Source: Daphnia carinata (lineage: Eukaryota). From it: 64,000 bases of DNA. The translations under genes and the position numbers were made by a program. The stretch spans positions 1-64,000 of the forward strand of contig NC_081331.1 in NCBI RefSeq assembly GCF_022539665.2, in the 5' to 3' direction. Under the pieces are notes generated by a model. That model saw nothing but the letters and a program-made list of their open reading frames with translations, ran no database searches and was not told the origin of the DNA. Shown piece after piece: positions 39,796 through 52,054 of this stretch (positions are counted from its first letter, which is position 1; each line of letters starts with the position of its first letter).

Positions 39796-41909
39796 TTAGG
39801 CAGCTATATCTTCAACAGCGGGTAACATAAATTTCTTGAATTGTGACAGGAACTTCATAAGGCACTGATAATTTTTTTTTATTGTTTCTTCTTTTCCGGG
39901 CGTAGTCATTATTGTTCTCGACGTTCAAACAGTAGTTGTCGACAACGGTGAGGATTTGATACGTAGCTGGATACTCCATGTTTATTATGTAATAGATGGA
40001 GATAAGCTTCAAAAAGGCAGCACCCACTGTGTTGCATGGAACGTTCTTGTACTTCAGGATACCACCTCCTAACAACAACATGGAATGCAACGCACTAAAT
40101 TCGTCGAAGAAAAGTACTGCATACGGATTGACGCCATTGGGGTCAGGATCGTAATTATGTCCAATCTGCAGTAACATATTCGAGAGGATAGAAATTGTGA
40201 GTTAAAGTTCTATAATATAAATGGAAATGGGCATACCTGGCTTGCGATTAAAATTTCAGGGGCCTTGCTTACACCTTTTGTTGTAGAACAATGCTTGTTG
40301 ATTTCCAGAATTAAAGACAAATTGCCTCTTTCTTCGTTGGGTATGTCCACTTTGTCGCCAAGGAACTGACGAAACTTCGATAGCAGACTTCTAAAGTTCT
40401 TCATAAATTTCGCTTCACCCATTCCATCAGCTCTCATTGGTTCCATGAGAAGGAAATCCTTGTAGACGATAGCAAAATCGTTGTATGCTGGAATCATTTT
40501 GAGCAAGTGCTCGGTAGTGAGTTGGTTTCCCTCGGCAGCAACTAGGTTACGTCTGGACTTGAATTCTGTCAATAAGTGTTCTTCTAAAACCGTTTCCTTT
40601 TCCCTTTCGTTAAAAGAGGAAGATGCATCTGATAGTTTCCTCTTCATGGCTTTTTCTTTTCGTGCAACCTTGTGTTTATTGTTAGCAAGGCGATTGGCAA
40701 TGGACCTTACTATTTTTCTACGAATGTTTACCTAAAATGAAAAAGAAACATTACTAACAAAAAAAAAGTAGTACAACAAAAAACACTTACCCATCCACCG
40801 TCGTGGTCAGCAAGGCACGGATAAGATTCTACAAGCATTTGGGCATATTTTGAGTAAATTGCCTTCGATCTGTGATGTGGGTGGGTAAGACAAAGGTGTT
40901 TGCTGCACGTCCTAATGAAGTAATCTAAATGCAATAACAGCTTATTGTTTCTTATTGCATTTAGAAGCACCGGTCCCAATTCAGAGTCTGCGTCACCCTC
41001 CTTTGGCAGGGTTAGATGTTCTACTCCGTTAGTTGCACAAACTTCTTCTTGTGTTTCAGGAATCACAGGTTCTGAAAATATACAAAATAATAACCCAACA
41101 AAAAATAAACACTGTTATTAACACAAAACAAATTTGACCAAACTTACCCGTATTAACTTCCTCAGCTGCAACAACAAAAACTGTATTATGGTTGTTATTC
41201 TCTGTGAAGCCAGGGCCTACGACTAGGTGACAAAAACATTTCCATAGGTATTAAAGACAATGTTATTAGTAAAACTTACCTTGATTGATGCTGTTCGTTA
41301 CATAACCATCATTATCTTGTAGGAAAGTAAAGTCATTGGTGCTACTACACCTGCTCGAATCTATATTTGACAATTTAGGAAAAAACTTTCTTACGTTTAC
41401 TACTGTACATGCAATTAACATTACCAATACTGGTGAGGTTGGTTAAATTAGAGTTGTTCGAAGCACAATCCCAGCAATCAATTGAGTTACCTAGAAACGA
41501 TTAATGAAATGTTAGTTAGTTTAAAATAAAGTAACGAATAAATTTTGTTCTTACCTTGTCTTACTGCGTCAGTAGTCTTCAACCTGGCTATTAGATTTTT
41601 CTCCAGGTGGTTAAGAACTTCACAGTTACCTACTTCAAACTCTAAGTGGAAGTCTGTATTAAAAATAAGTATTTGAACATCCTGGATTTTGGTATGATGG
41701 CTACCACCGAGGAATTTCAAGTAACTTTCACTTTCCCCCAGCCATTTGAATACCATGCTTTCCAGTAGCACTTTGTCTTCCTGCCTTTCTGTGTCGCTAA
41801 GGGACGGCAACACAAACATTTTTTTGGGATTATTTGCCGCAATGTCTTTTAAGTATACAACTACTTTTCTTTCGCTTCTATTTTCTTGATTTTCGGAACT
41901 ACACGACAT
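39796..41909 (-). CDS. Multi-exon accessory (second) gene of the EnSpm element
   Basis: ORF pieces from 41909 (MSCSSEN..), 41066-40790, 40730-40238 and 40165-39812 are separated by GT-AG introns. The C-terminal YYIINMEYP resembles accessory ORFs of animal CMC elements. A frameshift near the 3' end is possible. Confidence 0.7.
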
Positions 41910-42048
41910 TTTTTTTTCTTTTCGAAATGTGACGAAGTAATATACTACATTGTTTAAGCGTTGCCAACTTGCCACATTAAATGAAATCAAAGAAATAATT
42001 TGTTTCCCATGTTTCATTTCGTATTTTTCATTAAATTAGACACAAATT

Positions 42049-44752
42049 TTACAACATTTGATAATAGTCAGGAATGACATGTAAGCTGTTGTTATAATAA
42101 AATGAATGAAGCGGAACTTGAAATTGTAAAGTCGTGGGACTTATTACAGTATAAATTTTTGTACCACGTACATCAAATGAAAAATAATCAACATTAAGTG
42201 CTTTAGTTTCCATGGTTTCCATAACCAAGTAGATGTTATCCCCTGAAACTATAATTTCAGTAAGCTTAAAAAAACAAGCCAAATCGAGGGAAGTAGGTAG
42301 TTTACGTAGAAAAACTGACCCCGGTAAACAAATGCGACCACATAGTTTAATTTTCTGTAGGGAACGAATCTTGGAAAAATGTGTAAGAGGAGTGTAACTG
42401 CATAGTAATTGTGACCAACGGGAAAAATGTACCTCGAATGAAACGCTATCTGACATTGAAATAACTTTGCAATCGTCGTTCATTTCAAAAAAATCACCTT
42501 CGCCGTCATTTCGAACCTGCAACCCAACTAGCTTTTGATGAAAAATGCAGAGAGACCATGGTACATTGCGATAATTACAATTTCGTCGCATAACTCGCTT
42601 AAAGGGAGCATTTTTCGACTCATAACGAAAACACCAACTATATCGAGGAGGTCCAAAGTTGCGAATTTGTTCTGGAAAATGGATCAAGGCATGCAGTTTT
42701 GGGGTAATGGACGACCCATTTGTTTTAGGATAAAGGGTTACATGGTTATTGTTATGAATGTAGATGTTGTAATCAAGAAGTTGTAGGTCGCGTTCAGTAA
42801 AATTAGACGATCTTAAACACGAAATAATTCGCAAAAGTAAAAAAAAATTGGCAAAATAGGGGTTTTTGCCACTACAAACATAATCGCCCAAAACGATTCC
42901 AAGACACATCCCAACAGATGCCATCTCAGAAGAAGAAAATGATAGCTTAGTGAAATTCGTAATTTCCTTTTTTCGTAAGGGGGGGGGAACAGTAAACTCT
43001 CGACTACTTTTTAAATTAGCAATTTTGTTGTTTACCTCATCTAAATCCAGCAAAATGGTTGGGTCTGACATTAGGTTTTGTAAAAGTAAGGAGACTACCA
43101 AATTTAAAATGCCCTCATAAACAAGATGCATCAAGTCTTGAACAAAACACTTAGTTGGATCGAAATAGTCGAGCATTACAAGGCAACTTTCTCCATTAAT
43201 CCCATACTTAACTGACAATGCGTCTCGTGTAGCTTGTGCCTGATTTACATCTTTAATTGCTTCAACTTGCATAGAGTGAGAATGTTTTTCCCTTATAACA
43301 CAATCTACGGAATAGTGTATCTTATCTAGGTCGGCCTTGCTAATCATGCAGGTCCTGCAGGGAAGGTTGGCAAAACCAACGCCTTCCTTAAAACCACCAA
43401 TGAAGTTAGATGCCGGCATATCGCCAGCAAAATTAAGTAAAAGGCCGAACCATTTCCGGGTCTCGTTCCTTACAATAAGATCGACACCGTTATACAGCAA
43501 TTTCATATCAGCTAAAAATGGTGCTATAAAAGAACTAACCCCCCTCCGTTTCAGCAAATCTGAGCTTACTATCCCAAGTAACTGAATGCTTTTTAAAGAC
43601 GACCTTGCTTTAGGTGGAACATTTAAGAGCATCCAATAAAATATTGAAACTTTATGTTTCCCTTTTTTACTTCCCAATGGGTTTGCTAATTCCACCTCAT
43701 CCATATAAACCTGAAAACCAAGAACTTGGCCTTTCTTTTCTACATACAAAGGGTTATGTCTAACGTATTTGCCATCCCAAACGTCTGAATAGACGTCTGT
43801 TTCATCTTTTCTGCTACCTAAGGTAAAGCTATGTAAAACACATTCATATACCTGGCGAATGGAGAGGAACTGCTGAAGGGACTGAAGGAAGGGAATGATG
43901 TATCCTACTTCAAAAACTTCATCCAAAACTTGCCCACAATTTTCATCGGTTACCCAGTGATAGGACGGGTCGTTCTCGTTTAGTTTGATTTCCATAGGCA
44001 TTGTAGTGGGGAAGGTTTTTTCCCACAGTGTTTCAAGTTTACTCCTCGTAAGCATGTCCTCGCCCTCTGCCCTTTTAAATATCTCCTTAAACGAGTTTGT
44101 GTTGGTGACCGATGGACTTAATATGGAGTTAAGCTTTTCCTGTACAATGTGTGTAGACAAAAATGATAAGTGTTAAATATATTTGAAATCGCTAAGTAAT
44201 TACAAACCTGCATGACTTCTGCCTGCTTGTGGTGATAGTCATGAATAGATGAAGAAATGAGTATGAGGGCTTCATAAGGAATGTTAAACTTTTGCCGTAG
44301 CGATGGATCGTCCATCTGTTGTAAATTTGGTTCAAGTTCATTTTGTCCATCCAGAGCTGGCATAAGTGTAGCATTATTTGGAAAATCTTCATCCGTCACC
44401 AATTCAGATGTGTCTCCAGTAGCACCTCCTGTTGTTTATGTTATAAATATAAAGTAATTAGTTATTGTAATTCGACCTATAGATTTTTTAAATATTTTAA
44501 ATAAGTATATATACCGTTACGATGACTGGGCATATTAGGCAATATATCTTTGTACACTGTTGTTCCATGAAGTTTGTTCCAGTGACGACGAAAGGAAATG
44601 TATTTGTTATAACGAACATTACATCCAGGATACTTACATATAACGTTGAACACAGTAGCCGAAGCATGAATTTTCATGTGGTGAAAAAAACTTAGTGGAC
44701 GTTCACTTGGAATCAAAACAGAACACATTTGGCACTTTGAAAAATTTGACAT
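42049..44752 (-). CDS. EnSpm/CMC transposase with N-terminal C2H2-like zinc fingers; exons 44752-44515, 44428-44208, 44139-42049; 849 aa
   Basis: Motifs YMDEVELANPLGS, GDMPA..GGF, CRTC, DLMH..EG and TPKLH..H...FGP...WCFRYESKN are typical of animal EnSpm transposases. The exons splice in frame (2550 nt). Confidence 0.88.
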
Positions 44753-47310
44753 TTTAAAAAGTATATTTTGACTCGGTTGTAAAAATCAATATTGTCTGCT
44801 TCGCAGGATACTTCAACATTTTAAACACTTGTATCAATTTTTTAACCCTTAAAAAGGTGCAAGCAGTACTTAAATTTTTTTTTGCATACTTAAAAAAGAA
44901 ACGAAAGGTTAGAAATTTGGTTTCAGTAGGGTAAAGCAAAGTTTAAGTATTTTTTTTCAAAATTAAGTGTCATTCTAAACTACTTAGTTTTTTCAGTTGA
45001 TTTTCCCTACTGAAACACCCTTAATTAAGTATACAGTTGCCGCTGTGTGGTTTAAAACTATTTTTGCTTTCGTTTTGCGTTCGATAGTGGCTAAACTGCT
45101 CTTCGATTTCCTAGAAATACAGAGAAGTTCAATTTAGGAACCGAAAAGGCCGAGAAAATACCAATGAAGCATACCTGCTCTAACCGTTCTTTGTACTTTT
45201 CTGAGAATTCTGCTCCGCCCATTTTCTTGCGTCCTTGAAAGTGTTCAATAGCTTTATCTTTTACGCGCATATGTTCGTCTTCCAATGCATTGGAACTCAT
45301 AAACGGTTTGTCTCCACCACAAATAGCTTCCATTGAAGACGAATAAACTTCTCTAGCACCCTCAACAGCTTGAAGAGATAAACTTTATCATTAGTCCATA
45401 GCACAAAATCGGTCCCTTACGTCTACTTACCCGAAAGATTGTTGACTTCCGCATTTGCCTGCAAAGAAAAGTTAGATATTGACTTTTTTCAGCTCGCACG
45501 ATTATTGCAGAAACAACAACATTACATTACCTCATACACAGTTTTGGGTACAGGTAATTCACCACCCTTGAAAATGGCCATATAAGATTGGAAGTAATGC
45601 AGCAACTCTTTTGCCCGGATACGGTTTCCACCAATCTGTTTCACAACTAAATTTTCTGGCGATAGAAGTAGTGGGACCAATACTTTCAATTGCTCCTTAA
45701 AATCGGGTTCGATGTCTATAGAAAAATGAGAGAACGGTGACATTTGCCCTTGAAACATGGCAGTAATCACATACCAGTTAATCGACCATCGAAGTTCTGA
45801 TTAGTGGCTACTTTGAGTCCAGGATGGGGCATTAGAAAGCACGAGATATCCGTAAAATAGGCACGGATATGCTTGCGAAGAGTTTGAAGCTCGGGATCCT
45901 GCTTGTCCGAGATCTGCAACCTTCGTTCTAGAATAGACTTTCCGCCTACTTCTCCATAGGAAGCTTCGTAAGGGAAGCTCCAATCTCGTACTAGAAACTT
46001 CAACTTTTGGAAGGGGACATCTCCCGAATCTTCCAACGCAAGTCGCCCATATTCGGTAAAAAGCTATGTGGTATAAACAAAAATAACAGTATTTGTTTAT
46101 GACATAATGAAAATTTGTATATTACTTGTAAATGTTGCAAATCATCCTCCTGTATATTTTGGGAGAGATTGTAAACTTGAACACTACTGGTCATGGTGCT
46201 AAGTGCAAACATTGTTGCATAGTTTTTCACAGGGCTTTGGCAGTCAAATGCCCCTTGAGTATCTAATAAAAGAACAGCAATCTAAAATGGAAAGATTTTT
46301 GTCCATGAAAATCCATTTAAATTTAAACTGCACAAATTGAAAAACCCACTTTCTCTCCATTAGGAGCATCCACCATAAAAACTTCAGACCATGCAAGAAT
46401 TCCAGTGGTATCTCTTTCACAACCTCCTCTCCAGGAGAAGCCTCTCAGTGGGCGATCTTCTGACCCAAGCCAATCAGGGGAACCCTAAAAAAACCACAAA
46501 AATTAGTTGAGCTACCAAAAGTAAGGCCTCTACTATTTTTATACATTCGCTTTCAGATAACGTAGGAAGAAATCAAGAAGAAAAGATTTTCCTTTCCTAA
46601 ATACTCCTGCAACAGATATAACTGCAATATGTTTGTCTTTCACATGTTCCTGACAAACAATGTTAGCTAGGGCTTCTTCATCCAATTCAAATGTATGGTC
46701 TTCTTTAGCCACAACAATGTGTACAGGCCTGCCTTCCATTCCTAACAAAACGATAGAAAATTTAGTATGGCAAAAAAAGTCCTATGAAACTGCCCTAGAT
46801 ATTCCATGGAAGATGGTAGGAACAACACAATAAGTGAGATGAAATTGTTGGCTAGGTTAATGTATAGTTACATGTAGGAAGTATAGGGGGAGGATGAGTG
46901 GTTTGAGTTTTCATTCACTAGCTGTTTTACTTGTACCATATTGCCCAACAGGTATTTTTTTCTCAATTATTATTTTGGGCCCTGAACAGTTATAGGGTAT
47001 TTCAAAGTTTCATTTGTCACATCAGGAAAATACAATATTCGAAGTAAAAAACCAAAAAGAGATACTAAATGCATAACTTGGCGTAGATTATCTAAATCTA
47101 AGTCACGATAGTCATTATATGTTAATAAAACTACTATGACTATAGGCGGAAATCAAAGTTACCAGAGAGTTTTTCTGTTTACAATTCGATCACCCACTTT
47201 TCACTTCATCAAAATCCAGCAGTAAAAATAGTTGAACGTTTCTCGTCTTCCTCTCTCGAAGAAATTGTAAATTGGAGCAGTTCTCTTCTGCACGAATGGC
47301 ATCACTGGAT

Positions 47311-47379
47311 CATAGATAAAGACGACTTATAGATAAGATAATACGACGATAGATATTAGATAAGTCGTCTTTATCTATG
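47311..47379. mobile_element. 69-bp P-element-like MITE
   Basis: Perfect 20-bp TIR CATAGATAAAGACGACTTAT with a 7-bp direct repeat ACTGGAT on both sides. Confidence 0.85.
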
Positions 47380-47472
47380 ACTGGATGCAGCTGACGTACT
47401 AAATATTTTAAACTGACATTTCTACAATTTTTGTTAAACGTATTTAACCCTCTACGCGTACTATAAATTCTA

Positions 47473-49537
47473 GGTGGTATCTATTGCTCCGAAATCTTTC
47501 GGAACAATAACGGCATTTTCCCCTATTGTTCCGAAATGTTTCGGAGCAATACGGGCTTTTTTCACTATTGCACCAAACATGTCGTTGCAATCAGTGGCTT
47601 TATTCCCTATTGCACCGGAATGTTTCGGAGCAATAAAATCATTTTTCCCCTATTGCACCGAAATATAAAAATTGGTATCCTACTAATATACTATAGTAAA
47701 ACTGATTATTGCTAATTAAGATTTATATTATAACTAAAATTAAACAGACAAAAATATACGTAATTTTTTTGGGTGTGAAAGTGCCCAATTTTAAATGTTT
47801 GCTCGTGTACAGTGAAAGCTGCTTTGTAAAGGCACATTTTTGCCCGCCGGACTAGGCCTTCGTTGATCATCTTTTTTTTCTGTTTTCTTTCGGCGGCACA
47901 TTTTTGCCCACCGGACTATTGTGTTTGTGGGTTTTTTTTAGTTGTTTTTTTCGGCGATCGCAATATTTAGCAAGCACAAATTTAAATAGCATTGTTTATT
48001 GTTTTTTTCACTTAGTATTTATACATAATTTTCAAATATAATCCTTAGCTTTAGGTACATCTTTTAAACCTTCGCATTTCCAGTGAACCCATTCTAAACA
48101 ACAAGAACAAATTACAGTGCCCACCTCCCCAATAACTTTTGTACAACTATTTCAGTAAAATTTTGATTTCTTCTTCTCGATAAGCCTTTTCTTCTCCGCA
48201 ACTACGAAACAAATAATGTTCCATATTAATAAATTATTAATTTGAAATTTGAAATTAGTAATAGGAAAAATATTTACCTAAGCTCGTTACTCCTAACCAT
48301 GCATCCTCGTCGAAATACATCTTGAATCGCCCCGAAATACCTCGTCGAAATACATCTTGAAAGTTGCACCTTTCAACTGCGAGAAAAATTAATGTTATTA
48401 GTTATTGAAAGTTGATGTTATCAGTATTTCAAACTTACCACTTTATTATAAGAAGCGATAGTTTTCTTGTCCTGAAAATGTAGCGGGTAAAAATAAACAG
48501 TCTCCAATTCCTGCAAAAAAGTTTCAAATTCCTCCCAACTAGCGAAAGCCTTACCGGGTTTAAGTGTAGCAAGAGCCATTGTAGAAAACACAAAGAGAAC
48601 TGAAATTGATTGAAAAAATTAAAAATAGCGTGAATAACGCTTGTCAAAATTAAAAGGAACGTAAATAACGAGTGTCAACTAGAGTCCCTAATGCTCATGT
48701 AATACTAGTAAAACTTCTCTTCATCTGGCCGGTTCCGTACTGCATAATCTCTCGTCCAGGTATAATCTTTTAATCCTTAATGCTCATGTAATACTTGAAC
48801 AACTTCTCTTCATGAGGCCGCTTCCGTACAACAAAATCTCTAATCCATGGATAATCGTAGAACAAAAATCCATAAGTCACCATCATATATATTTAAAAAA
48901 AGATAAATCATAATACTGTTGTCGGTCGGTATTTAAAATGTATTAAATATTTCGTATTTCGTATTCGGAAACTACTTAATATATACATATGTTTGATAAG
49001 TAATCTTTCGGTGCAATAGGGGAAAAATGATTTTATTGCTCCGAAACATGGTATAAGACTAGTTCTATCAAATTTTCTCTTTTTATTAGACCATATCGAT
49101 TAGGAGACAAATGGAATATTCTCTCATGGAGGTTTTCTTCAAAGAATGATATGTTTTAACCGTTATGCCGTGGAAACGGTGAAGCTTTGCAACTAAAATT
49201 GTTTCGAAAATAACTAAGTAAGAAAAAAGAATTATGGGTGGGGATATTCATCTTTATTTATCTCCCTACTTTGATGAATCAGCAAAGATGATAGAAACAG
49301 AATAATTACACATTCGAAATGGTCCTTAAAATATGACGAGTCACCTGTCACCATCTATTTCATTAAATGATTTTATTGCTCCGAAACATTTCGGTGCAAT
49401 AGCGAATAAAGCCACTTATTGCAACGACATGTTTCGGTGCAATAGTGAAAAAAGCCCGTATTGCTCCGAAACATTTCGGAACAATAGGGGAAAATGCCGT
49501 TATTGTTCCGAAAGATTTCGGAGCAATAGATTCCACC
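47473..49537. mobile_element. Non-autonomous long-TIR element (MULE/foldback-like) with a decayed PHD-finger remnant
   Basis: ~170-190-bp TIRs start GGTGG(T/A)ATCTATTGCTCCGAAA and are built from ccgaaa..tttcgg sub-palindromes. Minus strand ~48150-48010 reads CTKVI..VICSCCLEWVHWKCEGLKDVPKAKDYI*KLC. No TSD. Confidence 0.8.
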
Positions 49538-51147
49538 CTTTGTTGCCATACTTTTCCAAATCAGCCGTAATGCGAAACGAAAGCAGTAGTCGGGTCTAAA
49601 CACCTGATTGGCTGTGATCCGGGGCTCACCACCTCCTCCATGCCTGGAATGGGCCAATCACGGGATGACAGAGACATTTTCTACACCGGGGCGGTGGCAG
49701 GGCTCGGTTCCTGGGTCACACCGATAACCCTGTCGTCATTTTAGAAGATGGCGGATTCAATGAAACCACATTATAAAAAAAAACCAAGGAAACACATTCA
49801 TTTTCTCGCCACTTCAGCTGTTGATGTATCAAACGAAGGAAATGACCATGGAAATTTGTTCGGCTTTTCCTTGCTTGTTGCGTTGAAGAAATAAGCCAAA
49901 TTACATTTATTTAAAATGCAATTGTCACTCAAATTGTGGTGCAATACGCAGGACGCAATCCTATCAAGAGAATAACAACTGGCTGATACGCCCGAGCTTA
50001 TCTTGAAACTAAACAAACAAATGTACGGGAAACAAGTCGAAACCAAACAGAAACGCATTATCTGGCTGAACTTCAGTCGAGGTAAACAACTTGTCAATAA
50101 AAATTGCGAAACGTGCATTAAAATTAAAGAACCAACGCGTCCTATCTCGAGGCAACGTCGAGTTTGTTTGCTTCAGCTAAACACATCCACTCTTCCTGTG
50201 AGATGGAATAAGTTAGATAAATCACCTTCTGACATTTAGGATTTGGTGATAATGTTTGTCATGGCAAATAAGCTGGGACAATGCGAGTATTGAATTAAGC
50301 ATTTAATGGGCAAACGATTTGCGCTGAGATGGCATTGCTGTACATGGCTTACGTCTTGCGCAATTTGTACTCAATTCGAGCGCCGCTGGAAAGAGGAATT
50401 GAACGCCGTTTGAAAGAAGAGTTATATTAATTAGCGACTTCGGTGGTACCTCGCTTTTAATAATATCTTTCATTAATCTGGTAGCGCTAGTTGTCCTCCA
50501 TCTTCAACAGCTGTGTCTAGGGTAATCAGTTTTGGTTTTATTTGGACCAGATCAAACGAGACGGCGAACCGAGGTTCACTTGTGCCAAGCCGATGGTGCA
50601 ATTCGCACGCGGCTTTCAGCAAAAATATTTCCAACGGGTTCACCGAAAACAGTTGCAATTTCAAGTTGTTTTACCTTCTGATTGGCATCACCTACAGCGC
50701 CAACAAATAAAATTTAATAAACGAATAGTGCCCATCATAAAAATGACGTAGCCTATATTCACAGCATATTCAGATAAAAAGAAAAGAAGGGCGAAAAGCT
50801 TCAGGAAATATAACGAAAATATAATGCGATAAGGTATGCATTTCGAAAGTGAACAGTGCAGGGCGCAATTAGTAAAGCGCTATGATAAAATGTCTGACTT
50901 CCGTGCGTAGAAACCGTTAAAAGAAACGATTGGAAAGGCATACTGAGCGAATTAATAATTCGATGCAAATCATCTGACTAGCAATCGTCAACGAGAAAAT
51001 GGTCCCGTAAACATGATTTGAAGTAATCTGAACGGAGCAAATGAAAAAACCTCACTGGCAATTCACAGAGATCAACAGGTAGACGACGCGATAACACATT
51101 ATTTTCTGCATTGGGCTCGTCAGTTATATTTTATGCTTGACAGTCAG

Positions 51148-51923
51148 CCCGTACGAAACGGTTAGCTTGCGTTTTGGCGATGCCCAAATCCTAGCTTTAT
51201 CAAGCTTCCTCGTCGCTGGCTTGCAGATTTCAAGCTAGGGATACGTTTAGGTTAGCTTGAGTTTTGGGGGGTGGCTTCAGCGCCTTAAAATTAAACTTGC
51301 GCAAGCTGTGACTTCGCAACCTTGCACTTTAGCTTACAGAAATTAAGCTACTAAAATAAGTTTAAGCTAGAAAAATGGGAGTTAGAAAAATATATATTAT
51401 TATTTAGCATAAGAAATGCTTTAAACAAGCATTAGTTATGATAGGACTTTAATCTTAAATAATTCATTTCCTTCAAAAAAATTAACAAATCATACTTAAG
51501 TTTGAAAATAAAAAAAATTTAGCATAATTGGTTTAAATAGTTTTGAGGGAACGAAAGATTAACTTAATTTCGACTTCATGTTTAGGTTTTTTAAATTCTG
51601 TTGTTGACCTGTCGAAAAAAACTTGAGTATATTTCTAGATTCTCTATTGTATTGTTCTGAAATAGTAGTTTTAATATGTATAGAATGGTCCAGTGGAAAG
51701 AACATCCGACTGTGGTGCGGGAGACCCGAGTTTGATCCCAGCCACAGTCTTCATTTTTTCGCTTTGCCTAATCTAGGCTAGCGGCGCCCGGGTTTAGGTT
51801 AGCTTGAATTTCCAAGCTTAAAGCGTAAAAAATTTAAGCTTGAAATCGTTAGCTTGGAGGGGCCTGGAGCAGGAGCTGCGCTAGCTTACCCAAGGTTTGA
51901 GCTAGCTTAACGTTTCGTACGGG
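51148..51923. mobile_element. 776-bp non-autonomous CMC/EnSpm-like element with CCC termini and an AG 2-bp TSD
   Basis: TIR CCCGTACGAAACG / CGTTTCGTACGGG. The site is empty in unit 1 (cagacAGataaac, ~33962). Subterminal ttagctt/aagcta motifs repeat. Confidence 0.9.
51680..51750 (+). pseudogene. Degenerate tRNA-His-like sequence inside the CCC element
   Basis: A box TGGTCCAGTGG, ctGTGgt loop, and a degenerate B box GAGTTTGATCC. Confidence 0.55.
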
Positions 51924-52054
51924 AGATAAACTGACTGATAAATCCAAAGAAATTACGAGTTGCAAGTAAAGGTTGTCCAATGTTAATCGGTATTTCCCAG
52001 TAGTAGCTCGCACAAGTTCTTGTCTCGCTAGTCTGGGGTGCAATTCAGTCTAAA

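Larger units (their letters stand above)
39270..45047 (-). mobile_element. CMC/EnSpm-type DNA transposon, 5778 bp, apparently full length
   Basis: TIRs CACAGCGGCGACTGAATACTTA and CACAGCGGCAACTGTATACTTA with a TG 2-bp target duplication. The site is empty in unit 2 at ~57232. The offset change of 5780 equals 5778 plus 2. Confidence 0.95.
38348..46739 (-). pseudogene. Atl: Atlastin (dynamin-like/GB1-RHD3 GTPase) copy 1, interrupted just before TM1 by the EnSpm element
   Basis: Motifs [17 protein letters not shown] (G1), [13 protein letters not shown] (G2), DTQGAFD (G3), FLVRDW (G4) and ICGGDKP. The TM exon is split at 39269/45048. The N-terminus is uncertain because upstream exons are possible. 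Confidence 0.9.
32345..47472. repeat. Segmental duplication unit 1 (kinase-ankyrin + atlastin cassette, including the EnSpm insertion)
   Basis: Colinear with 49538-59656. The offset is ~17961-17964 before the EnSpm element and 12184 after it. Confidence 0.93.

Noticed and set aside
39270..45047. Transib/RAG-like assignment based on CAC termini
   Set aside because: The TSD is 2 bp rather than 5 bp, and the transposase motifs are EnSpm-type.
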